From the human T2T-CHM13v2.0 reference genome, Homo sapiens, in NCBI RefSeq assembly GCF_009914755.1, contig NC_060947.1: a stretch of 64,000 nt of DNA, one strand, 5' to 3'. A program made the translations under genes and the position numbers. The notes under the pieces are model-generated. The model ran no database searches. It was not told where the DNA came from and saw only the letters and a list, made by a program, of their open reading frames with translations. Within the stretch, counting starts at the first letter, position 1. Each line of letters begins with the position of its first letter. Shown here in pieces: positions 41,796-57,864 of the stretch.

Positions 41796-43069
41796 GATTA
41801 GATCTACTTTTAAACGCATAAAAAGCACATGTTTTCTTTGTGCATCTGAGTGTAGAATGAGAGCATTTTCAACTGAAGACTACTAAAACAGAAGGCAGGA
41901 AGGCAGGTTCCTCATCTCACTTTCTGACATTTTATGCAAAATATAAACCCACTAATTGTTTTTTCAATAAAGCTTTCAAAATAACATTGACATTTGGATC
42001 ATTTTCAGTGAGAGGTTGAAGAGAATTTAAGTTTTATTCATACACTGCAGTCCCAGGGGAAGAAGGGTGACCCTCAAGATAACCACAGGAATCATTTTTT
42101 TCTAGGCTGAGAAGAGAGTGGTGAGGCTTCCTGAGCTATTTGTACTAGTTTACCCTTAGGTCTTTCAGCTAGCTCTGGACAATGAGGTTCCCGCACGGTC
42201 TGATAGAAACACCACCATGCTAAGTATCAGAGAACAAACTTAAGAGTTGCATTATTAAAAACATATTTTTTCTGGAGAGTTTTACCAAAATGAAATGTCT
42301 TGCTTCTATTGGTCTTAGGAGAGATCTGACTCATGTAAAAACATAGGGTTACAGAACTTTGGAAATACAGCCATTTATCTATGCATATCATGCTTGCACA
42401 CAGATTTCTTTCCTAGGATGCCATTTTAAAAATGCACATTTTGGGTAAAAAAATAAGCTGTCACATATATAGACTTCTCCTAGTATTCGGCTTAAACATG
42501 TGATGATTTGGGAGGGTCGTTCATGTCCCTAGTGGTTTAATTGCTAAGAGAATCTTTCCCGTCCTCCACATTAACAGTTAGAAACAAAAGCCCTTTGTTT
42601 CACCAGATATGTGCTTGGGAAATGGTCCATTTTAACCACATCCCATCTGTAGGGCCATGTGCAATTTTAAGCTTTAATAATTTTAGATGAACACAGGACT
42701 GATGCAAATGCCTTATTAATGTTCACTCATCAGAACTCAATTCTTTGAAGGAACTCAGGGTCGAGTTTGGAAACTCAATTTACTAAATTGCTTAGCAACA
42801 CCCAGAAGGCATTTTCACCAAGTTAGAAACTTATAAACCTGAAACTTGGAAATTTCAGAAGAATGAGTAAGGCATTCACTCTTAATAGAACTTGCTTCCA
42901 CGGGTCACCCATCTACCAAATAAATACCACAGACAAAACAATCTACCTATATAATATTTGGGGAGTTTTTTGACATATTGTGTCCAAAAGGCATGTGACA
43001 GGTATTTTTGATTGCAGGAGAATAAAGAGAGGCTCACTCACATAAAGTTTTGAGTATCAAAGTTATATG

Positions 43070-43805
43070 TTGTCAGTCCATAGTGATAAAAATAAATAAT
43101 TGAATAAATAGACAAATGGAGGGAGAGAGAAGGGCAAATCTTCTTTGCAGAAGAATTCCAATAATTGATATAGATACTCCATCCTCAGAAAGGTGCAACA
43201 TCATTTTCCACACCTTAAGCGTGGGCTGTGCTTAGTAACTTCCAGTGAGTAAAGTAGGGGAAGGTGGGAAAAGTAACTTCAGAGTGGAGAAACCTGACAA
43301 ACACTACCCGAGGTTGATTAAGGTCAACCTCCAGAGTGATAAGTCATGTTGACAGCATGTACCTTTAATGAGATATGATGAAAATGGCATTTTACTTCTA
43401 TGGTCTTCATGCCCAAAACCTATAGCCTTTGTTGAATCATAATTAAAACATCAGACAAACTCAAATTAACAGACGTTCTACAAAATACTCACCCAGTACT
43501 TCTTAAAACTGTCAAGATCTGAAAAATAAAGAGAGGGAGAAACCGTCACAGCCAAGGAGACATAAAAACTAAATCTAATATGAAATTCTGAATGTGGCAT
43601 TAGATAAAAATAAGGAAATCTGGATAAACTATGGACTTTTGTTAATAATAATGTATCTACCTTGGTTTACTAATTTTAACAAATGTGCTACACTAATATA
43701 AGATGTTAATAATAGGGGGAATTGAATGTGGGAAACATGGAAACTCTCTGTACTATTTTTGTAATTTTTTTGTAAATCTAAAGCTATTGGAAAATTATTT
43801 TAAAA
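43070..43805 (+). mobile_element. L1MC-type 3' UTR fragment
   Basis: gtggagaaacctgacaaacactac, gataagtcatgttga, gatgttaataataggggga...ggaaactctctgtacta. Confidence 0.75.
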
Positions 43806-43860
43806 TGTATTAAAACTATTTGGAAATTTATAAAAAAGATTTAAGAAGTTGTATGCTGTC

Positions 43861-44215
43861 TAATATGGTTTGGCTGTGTCCCCACCCAAATCTGATCTTG
43901 AATTGTAGCTCCCATAATTCCCATGTGTTGTAGGGGGGACCCGGTGGGAGATACTTGAATCATGGGGGCAGTTTCCCCCATACAGTTCTTGTGGTAGTGA
44001 ATACGTCTCATGATATCTGATGGTTTTATAAGGGGTTTCTCCTTTTGCTTGACTCTCATTTTCTCTCTTGCCTGCCCACATGTAAGACATGACTTTCACC
44101 TTCTGCCATGATTGTGAGGCCTCCCCAGCCATGTGGAACTGTGAGTCTCTTTTTCTTTATAAATTACCCTGTCTCAGGTATGTCTTAATTAGCAGCATGA
44201 AAATGGACTAATACA
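43861..44215 (+). mobile_element. THE1 solo LTR
   Basis: taatatggtttggctgtgtccccaccc...ggactaataca; flanks CTGTC/CTGCC. Confidence 0.93.
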
Positions 44216-45274
44216 CTGCCAATGTGATTTTTAAAATAATAAGTGTTTTCTGCAAACAGCAGCTCCCATCTGATGTCCTTCATCTCAGAATGTCCTCTTG
44301 TTCCAGAGTGGATCTCATACATCCCGCACCATCTCTTGTAGGATTGCCAAGAGCTTTTGCTTATTTAACTGTCGTATTGTTCACTGGGTTGGCACGCGTA
44401 ATTCCTGTGTTTGCTACTATATGGGATACTACGCTAGTACATCTCGTATAAACACTACTTCTTCACTTGACTTTTGTTGGCACTTCTGTTTTGGTACTCT
44501 ATGCCTTCTGCCTTAAATGACCCCTTCTTATGTACATAAATCTCTCTCCCACCTGTTTTATAACGTCCAAGAGAGATATATTAATAGTTACCCATCCTTC
44601 CTCCTTCCATGGTGTCTAGTGCAATTCATAACTAGCAGCACAGTGGGCATGGCACGTACTTCAAAAATACTTATGAGTCTGCACAATTAATTTGAGGATC
44701 TTAAAACATTTCCAGAAAGGAATGGCAGTTCTGAATCCTTGGAGATTTCCTATTTCACTTTCATTATTCCAGCTTTTTACTTTTAGAACTCTTTCAGGGA
44801 GATAGAAAATTGTCAGCTTATTCTTAAAGATATTCAGAGAAGGCAGTTCTACCAGCTTCAGCAGGAGTCTGTTTCAGAATATTAAAACTAACTGTATCAA
44901 AAGAAACTTTTCTTCCTCTTTCACCTAGTTGGTGTCTTAGGCCACTTCCCTTCCCTCAGCCCACGCACATTGTTTTCAGCTGAGATAAAAATATAGCTGA
45001 GCACAGTCCTATGTGGATTTGAAGATCATTAAGTTTCTTCACAGCTTTCTTTTTGCCAGAACATGATCATCTTAATCCATTTTCTATGCAGGTGGGGTTT
45101 TTTGGTGATAATTTGTTTTTGGTGATTAAGAAGTTGTATGCTGTTTGGTATGGCCTTTTTTTGGTCATTAATTTTTTGAATTTTAAAAATTTATCAACAT
45201 CTCCATTGTCTTTGATGTCTAAGGTAAAAATCTGAGAATACTACTACTTGATTAAAAAAATTAAAATAATATTA

Positions 45275-45401
45275 GGAAGAAGAAGGAGGAGGAGGAAGAT
45301 AAGGGGATGGAGAACGACAAGAAGGAGGACAAGGAGAAAGAAGGGAAGGAGAAGGAGGAGGAGGAGGAGAGAGAAGAGAGGAAGGGAGATGGGGAGGAGA
45401 A
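45275..45401. repeat. GA-rich low-complexity tract
   Basis: (GGA/GAA)-rich polypurine stretch. Confidence 0.85.
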
Positions 45402-46302
45402 TGAACTACTAAAGCTATGTGGTAAAAAAGACATTACTTACATTAAACATTTATTATTTGTAACTGAAAATTTACTAAGTTACTTAAAAAAATTATGATC
45501 TGCAGTGATCTTCTTGATCTTAGCCATGCCACCTAATCTTCCAAAGCCTTGTTTCACTCATCACTCAAGTGACCTTGCACCACTCAAGTGACCTTGCGCC
45601 AATATTTGTCGAGTTTGAATGACACCACTAAAGGTCTCGGCCCTCCAGGAGAAAGGTATTGTGGGCAAGGATGGAATGCTGCATGTGGCTTTGAGTATAT
45701 TTCTTCATACAGGGGAGTCAGTCTTAATATTTCATGGAAGCGTTGAGTAAGTAGAGAATAGGGATGAAGCTGTATGTCCTCTGAGCTATGCCAGCTCTAG
45801 GAGAGATAGCAGCACATCAAGGGGTGGAAGTGAGAAAAATACTTACAGATTTTCATCGTCAGCTTTCAGGCAACACTAGCGGCAAAGGTAACCAACAACT
45901 CTGCCCAAAGTCAGTTCTCCTAAAACCAGATTTTCTAAAATTTAATCCATTTTTAAAAAGTTAACCTAAAATCCAACTCCCTTATGAGTTTTTTTTGTCT
46001 CTGAAGCAAGGTGGTCATTATAAAATTGAACTTCAATGTATTTTGATCTTCTGGTGAGGAAGACATTGGGCTTAACACTGCCCAACCTACACTTGGTTGA
46101 TATTTTAGGCAGAGCGTTTCAAAAGCTTTATGGTCCAGATATTGAGAAATGGCTATCAAGAGAGAGAATGTTGCAATTGGCTTTTGAGCATGACCACATA
46201 TTTTTACAAAGATGTAGAGCTACCCTGAAGGCAATAGATATATCCACTCTCAATCATTCTGAGAAGAGATTCCTCCTGAACCATGAATTAAGACTCAGGG
46301 TA

Positions 46303-46662
<360 letters not shown>

Positions 46663-47449
46663 TCAGTCTGACTCAGACTCTGAGAAATGCACAATGCATA
46701 AAATATTTTCAGTTGTTGGAAGATGAGGAACATCTTGCTACTGGGGTGCAGGCAAGGTTATTGGCAGGGCGTTGAGCCAGCAAGGGGCCTTTGGCTTTGG
46801 ATAGGCGAGGTTAACACAGTCAGTAGTTATAAGATGTTTTCTATTATGTAAATTCCTTCCATTATTTCTGAAAACTTCATTCACTTCCTGCTAATGATTT
46901 CAGCCTGATCTCAGTGGCTCCGTGTTGAACTTAGAAAGGGTCCATCCCCTGCCAGAGTGACACACAAGACAATCTTTCCCCCTACCTGGGACAAGGTGAC
47001 AGGAGCAGGAGGGTATAAGGAACAAACCATATTTTAGTTAGCAATACCCTATTGTTTCAAATATTTTATTATCCATAATATTGCAAAAAACATCCTTACA
47101 ATCAAGTCTTTCTTCACGTCATTGACTATCTCCTGAAGATGCACATGACTTTTCATGTCAAAGGGTATACACAGTTTTGAGGCTTTTGGTTCTTGTCCCG
47201 ATAGAGGCAGCAGAAACAAAATGGTAAATAAGAAACCAATTGATCTGTTCTTGAGCACACCTGAGCCAGCACCTGGGCGCCTCTTAGAAATAGCTGTGGG
47301 ACACCTTGAGAGAGGTTAATCTTGAGTAACTGGACTGATGGAAAATAATCTATCACAATGATATCATGAAATAGAATTAGCTTTGTTGTTGTAGTCTGTA
47401 GCACTTTTATTAAGATGTAGTCTTAGTCATGCCATCTTTTTAGCATTTC

Positions 47450-49150
47450 AATAATATTTGTTTATTTTGTATAATATTCAATGTGTGTATATATTTGTGT
47501 GGGTGTATGTGTGTGTGTGGTTGAAACACAATAATAAAATGAATGTGTGTGAACCTACTACTCAGTTCATCAATGAGGACATTACCACAACTAAGCAATC
47601 TATTGAGTATTTTGCTCTTGAGTTTTATGAAAATATCATATAACATGTACTCTTCTTTAATTTTCTTTTTGCATTTGGCAGTCTTAAGATAGTCTGTTTT
47701 GTTAATGTAAGGATAGTTCACTTATTTTCATTGCTGTAAAATATTCCACCCCACGCATATATGTTTTATTTATCTTATTCCTGTTGATAACCATTTGGAT
47801 TTTTCCAAATTTTATCTACTATAAGCAATGCTGATTTGACATTCTTTTTCATATCCCCCACTGCACCTGTGCAAGCATTAACGTGAGGTATATTCCTCTT
47901 AGGAGTGAAATCGTGGAGTCATTTGTTTGTGACTATTCAACTTTACAAGTTAGAGACACATTGTTGTTCAAATAGCTGTGTCAGTATACACCCTGATTGC
48001 CCCAATGGTATGTAAGAGTTCCAGTGGAAACACATCTTCCCTACTATTCAGCATTTTCAGTCTTAAGTTTTACCCATCCAGTGGGCATGCATGAGATCTT
48101 TTTAAAAATTACCCTGAACGCCTTTTCACATATTAATGAGCATTTTATTTCCTGATCTGTGAAAAGTCTGTTATGTGTTTGTCCATTTTTATTCTAAATT
48201 GCTTGTCTTTTTATTTTTGATTTAAAGGAACTCTTTATATGTCTCGGACACTTACCTATTATAAATTATTAGATTTGCAAATATCTGTCCTTCCTCCTCC
48301 CCACACACACTTTATGATATCTCTGATGAAGAGGAGTTCTTAAGATCAATGTGGTTATATTTATGAATCCTCTTATTCATGGTCTGTGCTTATTGTGTCT
48401 TTAAAAAGTATTTTCCCTACCCAGGGAAAGATCATAGTATGTTTTTTAATAAAACTTTCTTACAGTCTTGTCTCTCACTTTCATGTCTTTCATCTATCAA
48501 TAATGAATATTTGAAAAGACATAAGAAGGGAAGTCTTGGGCCCTTTATTTTTTCTATTGATTACCAATTGTTACAACACATTAATTGATGAGACCATTCT
48601 TTAGTTGAGAATCTGCAATGCTGCCTTTGTAATATATCAAGTTTCTATACATGAAATGGTGTGTGTCTGGATCAATATACTTGTCTGTTACAACGGTAAA
48701 TTCGCCCTTCTGTGAATCAACACTTTTTACTGGCCATAAAATGCATTTAATGTTTCATTAATGTGTTTCACTGTATAGTTCTTGCATGTTTTTTAAAAAT
48801 TTTATTTACTACTGGATACCATGTATCTCATAACAGTAATTTTAAAATATATTTTGTTTGTTTCTAATAAGTTTAAGTGCAATATAATTTTTATATTGAT
48901 CTTGTGATAGGCCAACTTGTTAAATTCTCATGTTTGTTCAGTAATTGGGCTGTGGATTATTTGGCGTTTTCTATGTAGCAATCATTTTATCTATAATTCA
49001 TGACATTTGGGGTTTTGTTCAATACTTATCCTCCTTTTCATTTATGCATAAATTTATTTCTTTATGGCATAGATTATGGCCTTCAGTGCAGAATAGAAAT
49101 AGAATTGTCTTACACTTGCTATGAACTGTAGATTTGTAGCAGTTTATTAA
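47450..49150 (-). mobile_element. Highly decayed L1ME-type fragments
   Basis: ttcacttattttcattgctg, catttggatttttcca, ggagtgaaat, gtatgtaagagttccagt and further antisense L1 motifs. Confidence 0.6.
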
Positions 49151-49162
49151 GGAAAGATGTTT

Positions 49163-49331
49163 ACTGGGCAACATAGCAAGACCCCATATCAGAAAAAAAG
49201 CAAGCAAGAAAGAAAGAAAGAAAAAGAAAGAAGGAAGAAAAAAGAAGGAAGAAAGGAAGGAGGAAGGAACGAAGGAAGGAAAGAAGGAAGGAACGAAGGA
49301 AGGAAAGAAGGAAGGAAAGAAGGAAGGAAAA
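49163..49331 (+). repeat. Short Alu-monomer remnant followed by (GAAA)/(GAAG)n expansion
   Basis: ctgggcaacatagcaagaccccat then a purine microsatellite. Confidence 0.85.
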
Positions 49332-50904
49332 GATTAGCTTGATAGACAGAAGATACTTCTGAAAATATAGAAAAGCAATTTGGCAATAAATCTTTATAAA
49401 ATATGGTGCATTTTATACTTTATTAGGGCATATTATTAATGATTTAATGCTGAATTATGAAGCAGACTGTTTCCACATTATAGTTCCTAATATTGAAATC
49501 AACTGGCTGTTAGCAGTAGGATTGAGATACAGCACACACAACAATTTATTTATCTAATACCTTGGATGCCATTGGTAAATATCAGTTGCTAGAATCACAA
49601 AATTTCAAAAAATGTTTTTTAATATAAATTTGCTAAAATGTAATGTTAGCTTGAAGTTCATACAAGCAACACAGCTTTCCAGGGAGTAACTTGCTCCATA
49701 AGGTGAGTGAGAGCCCAAGGTGTTGCTCCAGGTAGCTGTCGGTGGAGAGCTGTGGGGTAAAATAGGCTTGAAATTGAAGACAGCAACCAGACACAGCCTG
49801 GGGTTGAGCCTGCTGGATGTTATCTACTTTACCTTGGGGCTACGTTGTGTGTGTTTATTGTCTGGCTTTCCCAGCTCTGCTACAATAAGCTTTGTTAGCT
49901 TCTGTGACACTTACACAATAATCTCTATGTGTGAAGCCCCCAAAGTGACTTTCTGAAAAGAGTTCACACAGATTGAGATCGGATGCAGAGCATCCCTCCC
50001 CAGCATGGCCTCTGCTGCACCCTGATGTATTCACACTCACCATGAAGGGCACAAGTGCCTTTTGATCTTCAGGAGGAGAATATGATCGCCGAACAGGTTT
50101 TCAGTTGTCACACCCTACAATACTCTAATTAAATGGTCAGCATGTGCCTCATCAGGGTATCCACTCAAGTAATCTATTTATTGGATTATTTTAATATGTC
50201 AGAGTTTTGTTCAACTCGAAAATGGCCAATGGTTCTCCAGAAAGGCATAAGAGCTTTGAATGATGCCCCCCTTTGTGTAATACATCTCTTCATGTAATAT
50301 ATAATTAGCAATAAGAACTCTGTTTATTTATAACAGTAAATTATTTATTTCCAAGAATCGAGTTCATGTGATTTCTAATTCACGTCATCTTGCTATGAGG
50401 AATGGAAGTCTAATATTTAGATGGGGGTAAGGCACCCAGTATTCTCATGCCTTTTTGCATCCTGAAAGATATCACCATAGTGTGCATTTCAGGGTGAAGG
50501 TGACCACCACGACCATTCCCTTGGCAAAGAGAAATGTCCATTTATTTTGTACAAAGAGAGGCTGAAATGTAGAGTCCATGAACTTTCTTCTCTTTGTCAA
50601 TGCAAGGCTCTTGTTTCATAATAAAATAACATATTCAAGAAAAGAATTGTATTGAAATGTCACTCTCATGTGGATTTCATGAGGTTCTGAACTTAAAGTC
50701 TTCAAAGGAACAGTGGTACTGTCAGGTACTCAGGCTTTGCCTTTAGATCACATGGTTTAAAAGAGAAAAAAAATAAACTGCCAGTGAACATAGGCTCTGA
50801 CCTCTCTTCACTTTTCATTTTTAACGCCTTTAAAAATGAAATTATTTGGGTTTAATACATGCATAATTTGGAAATCCCATAATTTGGAAATAACAGAAGT
50901 CATG

Positions 50905-51258
50905 TGCTATAGACTTAATGTTTGTGTCTCCTCAAAACTGGTATGCTGAAATCCTCACCCACAAAGGGATGGTATTTGGAGGTGGGGTCTTTGGGAGGCG
51001 ATGAGGTCGTGAGGGTGGAGCCTCATGAATGGGATTAGTGCCCTTATAAAAGAGGCCGCAGAGAGTGCCCTCACCCCTTCCAACATGTAAGGGCACAATA
51101 AGAAGGAATTGACTTTGAACCAGAAAGCAGGTTCTCACCAGCCACTGAATCTACCATGCCTTGATTTTCCAGCTTCCAGAACCGTGAGCCATAAATGTCT
51201 GTTTATAAGCCACCCCATCTGTGGTGTTCTGTTATAGCAGCCTTAATGGGCTAAGACA
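50905..51258 (+). mobile_element. MLT1A-type LTR
   Basis: tgctatagacttaatgtttgtgtc...atgggattagtgcccttataaaag...ctaagaca. Confidence 0.88.
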
Positions 51259-52054
51259 CCATGGATGGAAAACTAATCCTATTGATCATGATACAATTTT
51301 TTTTAGAGTAAATTAGGGTTTTGAGGCTAATACTTTTTCAGGACCTATTACTGATTATTTAATATTGATGATTAAATTAGGAAGTAGGCTGTTTCCACAT
51401 TGTAGTTCATAATACTGAATTGATCATTTCTGCCAAGCATTTTCCTAAGGAAAAACAGTAAAAGACAGAAAACATTATAGGTTTCTGTCCTAAGAGCTTT
51501 AAACCAGAGAAAGTCTTATTCCTATTAATTAGCACCCCCCCACGCACACATTTTTTTGACTATGATCCCAAGTTTCCGGGCTATTTGAATGTATACAATT
51601 TTCTATTAAACAAAGGTCTAATTTAACTTCTCACTAGGCACAGAGTTTTTCCTCATTCTTATAGGTTAATAAGAAGTGGTGATAGAAACTAACATGAGAA
51701 ATTATTATCAGATGTGAGACAAACAGACAGAATGATAGAGAGAGAGAGAGAGAGAGTGATTCTGTTTTTCCTTTTCTTCTTTTTCTATTTTTTTTTTTTT
51801 TTTGGCCAGGAACTCAGAGCTCAGTCCTTAGCTTAAAATTTTAAAATATAAATATTCTTCCCCCTTATTTTTACTTCTTACTTAATTCCTAGTGGTATGG
51901 GATTTCCTTTATTCGAATCATTTGATAGCGAGCATTTTCAAATATTTGTATTATAAAATATTAAAGAATACAATGATATCACTTTACCTGATATATCTTA
52001 CTTAAAAAAAAAAAAAAGCGACTGAATCTAACCTTCAAACACTCAAGAATTCCG

Positions 52055-52255
52055 GACCAAACATCAGCAATCCTTTTCTGTAAAGGGCCAGAGAGTAAAC
52101 ATATTTTGGCTTTGCAGGCCATATCGTCTCTGCTTTGCCTACTCAGCCCTGCTACTGAAGCATGAGAACAGCTGTAAACAACACTGAAACCAATGGATAT
52201 GGATGTGATCCAATGAAGCTTGATGCATAGACATTAAAATTTAGAATTTTATATA
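52055..52255 (+). mobile_element. MER58 (hAT-Charlie) fragment
   Basis: ttttctgtaaagggccagagagtaaa...ggctttgcaggccata. Confidence 0.8.
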
Positions 52256-55021
52256 TAAAAAAGAGCAGTGGTGAGGGAGATGCAACTTCTGACCCTCGTT
52301 GTAGACCACAACCAGTGTCTAAGTTGAACAGGTGCCCTCAGAAAACTGCATCCAGCCACTCTAGTGTTGGAGGGCTCTGGACAATTAGAAGAACTGTGTA
52401 TCCTGTGTATGTCCTGTGTATTTACCTCCTGTGTTGTTCTGTGTATTTAGACTGTAAGAATACCTTTGTCTGTGCTTGGGGTTGGGAGCATAGGGGTTAT
52501 ATGTACTGAGACTCAGGTTTGGGAAATAAATCTCATATGGAATAACACAGATAAGCTCATTATATCAAGTTGGGAATCCCTAAACTTGTATTCAAGAATG
52601 CTGAAGGGACAGCTCAATGATTCATTAAGGTGATGATTTTTCTCATAAAACCAAAAGATTGTTTAGGTTTACTTAATGAGATACTCATTCTGCCTTATTT
52701 ATTTTTTAACATATGTTTTATCAAAAATACATTGTTTTTATGTATTTTTTGAGAAATGTTTTTTAACAGTCTTTGGCCAGAAGTTGTTGAATTCCACCAG
52801 ACCCAAAATGCTAAAGCTCTCCAATTCATGTTTACTCTGCCACCCTCAGACATCTGCTTTCTTCTCCTAGCCCAAGAAACTCTTCCCAAGTGTCACCAGC
52901 AACTGCCTGATGACTAAATTCAATGATCTCGCCTCAATTCTCAACATGTATAATGGAATAACAGCGACAGGTCCATGTTTGGAATGGAGAGAGGAGACTA
53001 TAATTATTATCATTTTACATCTTGATTGGAAGGGTTGGTATAATGTTTTTCAAATAATTGCCTCTGATCATCAAATACATTGTTTAAAGATTACACATAA
53101 GCCTTTTTTCTCTACTTCACAATCATGTATCGATTATTCACTGTGTATGCTACACATTGTGGCTGGGCCCTGCAGAAACAAATATGTCTTCTGTTCTCTC
53201 ACACATAAGTAATTAACATTGAATATACTCTTTTCATTTATTTGAGCTGCATTAAAATGCATTTGATAAGCTACTATATCCAGTTTTATTATTATACCAA
53301 GAGTTTTAAAATCATTAACCATTCATGTCTGCCGTGTTCAGAAGCCACGGTGAACACTTTGATTTAAATGTCAGAGTTTTGAAAATCTCCAAATTATATG
53401 TTCAACATTGCTTTAGCAAAATGCATTTTAGAGTTATAAATTAACATACGTATCAAATTGTCAAATACGTTAACTGCACACACTTTCAATTAACTCACCA
53501 CTTAAAGTGTGGATATGATATGAAATAAATGAAAGTTGATAATTTTAGGATTCATTTTGCAATGTGATTATAACTCTGGCATTTAGACCCAGGTAATAGA
53601 TAATTAAATACCAAAACATGACTACCACATACATTTAATCTTGCAAATTAACTCACAGAAGATAGCTTCAAACGATGATTGCATCATCTGTAAATGACTG
53701 TAATCCAATTTCATAAATATTGATGATGTTTCAAAATTTGAAATCATTACTAGTGTTGAATTTTACTACATTCATTTGCATTTCCAAAATTAAAATTCTT
53801 CTCTGGAATTTGGGAAAGTTCCATTATTAAAGTGCCCCAAAATAGGTCACATGCAATAATCTAGGTGATAAGAAAAAACAGGCTTATGCACAGAATATTC
53901 TTACATGCATTCAACTTGATTTGTCTCTCAAGTTTGCCTGAAAAATCTGTCTTTTGACAGCCTGCAGACATAGCCTGAGACAATTATTTGCTGCAAGCAC
54001 ACATTCAGCAATCCAAACAAACTTTTGGTTATATTAAAATAGCAATCCTCTTATCACAAACATCAGAACTGCTCCCTCGAAAAAGTTTGTACAGAGAGAT
54101 AATGGGGCCACAAATTCTGGGAGCATAAAGAGGATGGACTTTAATCAACCTGGCACCTAACTCAAAGCTAATATGATGCTGTTTTCATAGGCTGTAAAGC
54201 TATTTGAAGAAGGTAACTTTCCTCTCACTTAACTTTAAAAGCACATGATTTTTGTGCTGTAAAGGGTTTCATTTGGTTGGTGTGTGTTGTAAGAAGTTTA
54301 CGTTTTTATTCGTTGCACATGGGATGCGACATCTGATGGAGACTGCAATCCTTTTACGGCTTTATTGCAAAGCTGGAGAACTATCAGTCAAGCGTTGCCT
54401 AAAGCTTTTTGGCTCTAGAGTTAAGAAAGTGTCATTGGATAATGTCTTTAGTTCTGTCGATATTAGACAATTACCATGTATTGACATTTTTCTAGGGAGA
54501 GTCAAGGGAGAGGGGTAGTGAACTGAATACATTTTATTTTGCAAATTTAATGAAAAGACTTAGGGATCCTTACTGCTGTTCTTTGGTAGAACTCTCATAT
54601 GCATCCATTTATGTATGTAGATATGTCATGAATTTATATAGCCCTAAAAGAAAAGAATATCAGACTTAGATCACTTCCATTTGAGCTTTAAAGCTATGAT
54701 AGATTTTGTACAAACTTGAGCAAAGACTAAGCATTCCCATCTAAGTTGGAAGAATCCAGCTGTGTGGATGTACACGCATCAGTTGCTGCCAATTTGAGGA
54801 CCTGCTCCCACCCAATCATTTTACCCAGACTTGCACCAGAAAGAACAATGAGTGACTGCAAGGAATTTTATCCAACGAAAGATGTAACATATGAAACTCA
54901 AGCTGGTTTGCAGCAAACATTTCATACTAGGAGAAATAATGTAGTACTTGACACTCTGGGTCCAATTGTGCCCAGATTTGGAAGGATATGACCTGATTGT
55001 GTAAGCTCCCCTAATAATGTT

Positions 55022-55133
55022 GGAGGTGGGAGGATCACCTGAGCCCAGGAGGTGGAGGCTGCAGTGAGCTATGATCACACCACTGCACTCCAGCCTCGGT
55101 GACAGACTGAGACCTTGTCTAAAAAAAAAAAAA
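55022..55133 (+). mobile_element. Truncated Alu right arm with poly(A)
   Basis: ggaggatcacctgagcccagg...gagaccttgtct(A)n. Confidence 0.9.
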
Positions 55134-55195
55134 GAGTGTAGCAGTTATTAGTATTGCCTATTTCATAATGTCATAATTCTTTGTGGGCATTTTCT

Positions 55196-56815
<1,620 letters not shown>

Positions 56816-57864
56816 AACACATTGTGCCCTCGATGGAAAATTAAGACCTTCTGGATTCAGTGAACCACGTGAAGACATCCAGCAAGTGCTAAAACTGCCA
56901 CCTAGCAACTTTCAAATTAACACCTGGCTAAGAAATGCATTTGATTAATTGAGACCCCGTGTACTGTCCACTTAACTACACAATTCTATTAAATGAAGTA
57001 GAATGATGATATCACTTTGATCCTGCATTTTGTATGAGGAAGTATTGATTCAAGCCTCTGCATTGTTGCCTAAAACACACATACAAATACATATTATCTA
57101 TATATAGATATACATAGCTACTTTGCTCCATGGAGCAGCACCTGTGTTATCTAACTTCAGGTGTCACATATTTGTTGAGAAAATAGTGGGCTGAAAACTT
57201 AATCTGGGCTGCAGTATTAATTGTTCTGATTCTATGAACCAAGCAAAGGTGATCCATGTTCTGAGTTTCAAAGAAACTTCTTTGGACCACAGCTCCTAAA
57301 AGTAGACTGTGCTTAGGTACTTCACCAAGAAAACTCACAAAACCCACTGGGATTCTGCTTTCCTATGTGCATCTAGCTGTTTCCAGACTTGGGGAAGATG
57401 TTCACAGCATCTCTTAGCCTCCATGAGTCAGCTAGCTGGACCAGTGCAAGGATACCACTCATTCTTCTAACCCTGTACTGTGAGTGCTACACAGCCAAAG
57501 TTCAGGATCTCCCATAGGTCTTCAGCTGAAGTTCTTGGTAAGATGAGATTTACAAATAGGGAACACGTGAACATCAGCAATTATGGCACCAAAAACAATG
57601 GCTTGGAAATTGAAAGAATAAGAAAAAAATCTGCCTCCCAGACTCAATTTCCTGCAGAGTCCAGCAGGAGATATTCAATATATGGCATGACCCTGAACGT
57701 AGATTGGGAAAAGCCATTTTGTGAGTACAGACATTTAGAGAACATAGTCCATGCCACAGTGAAGACTTGTCAGGAAACATGACACACTCAAATTGGGCCA
57801 GTGTACCACAAAGCCAGGCTACATGTCTGGATTTTTAACATCAAACTGAACTTCCGTTATTTAT

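Noticed and set aside
45307-45498. Glu/Lys-rich ORF (also 49157-49342 and 2251-2517)
   Set aside because: These are translations of low-complexity purine or pyrimidine repeats.
45562-45600. Short tandem duplications (also ~33988-34032, ~39435-39466, ~50863-50891)
   Set aside because: Ordinary slippage duplications.
54746-54991. 81-aa ORF with protein-like composition
   Set aside because: Non-ATG start, no recognisable motif and no convincing splice sites.
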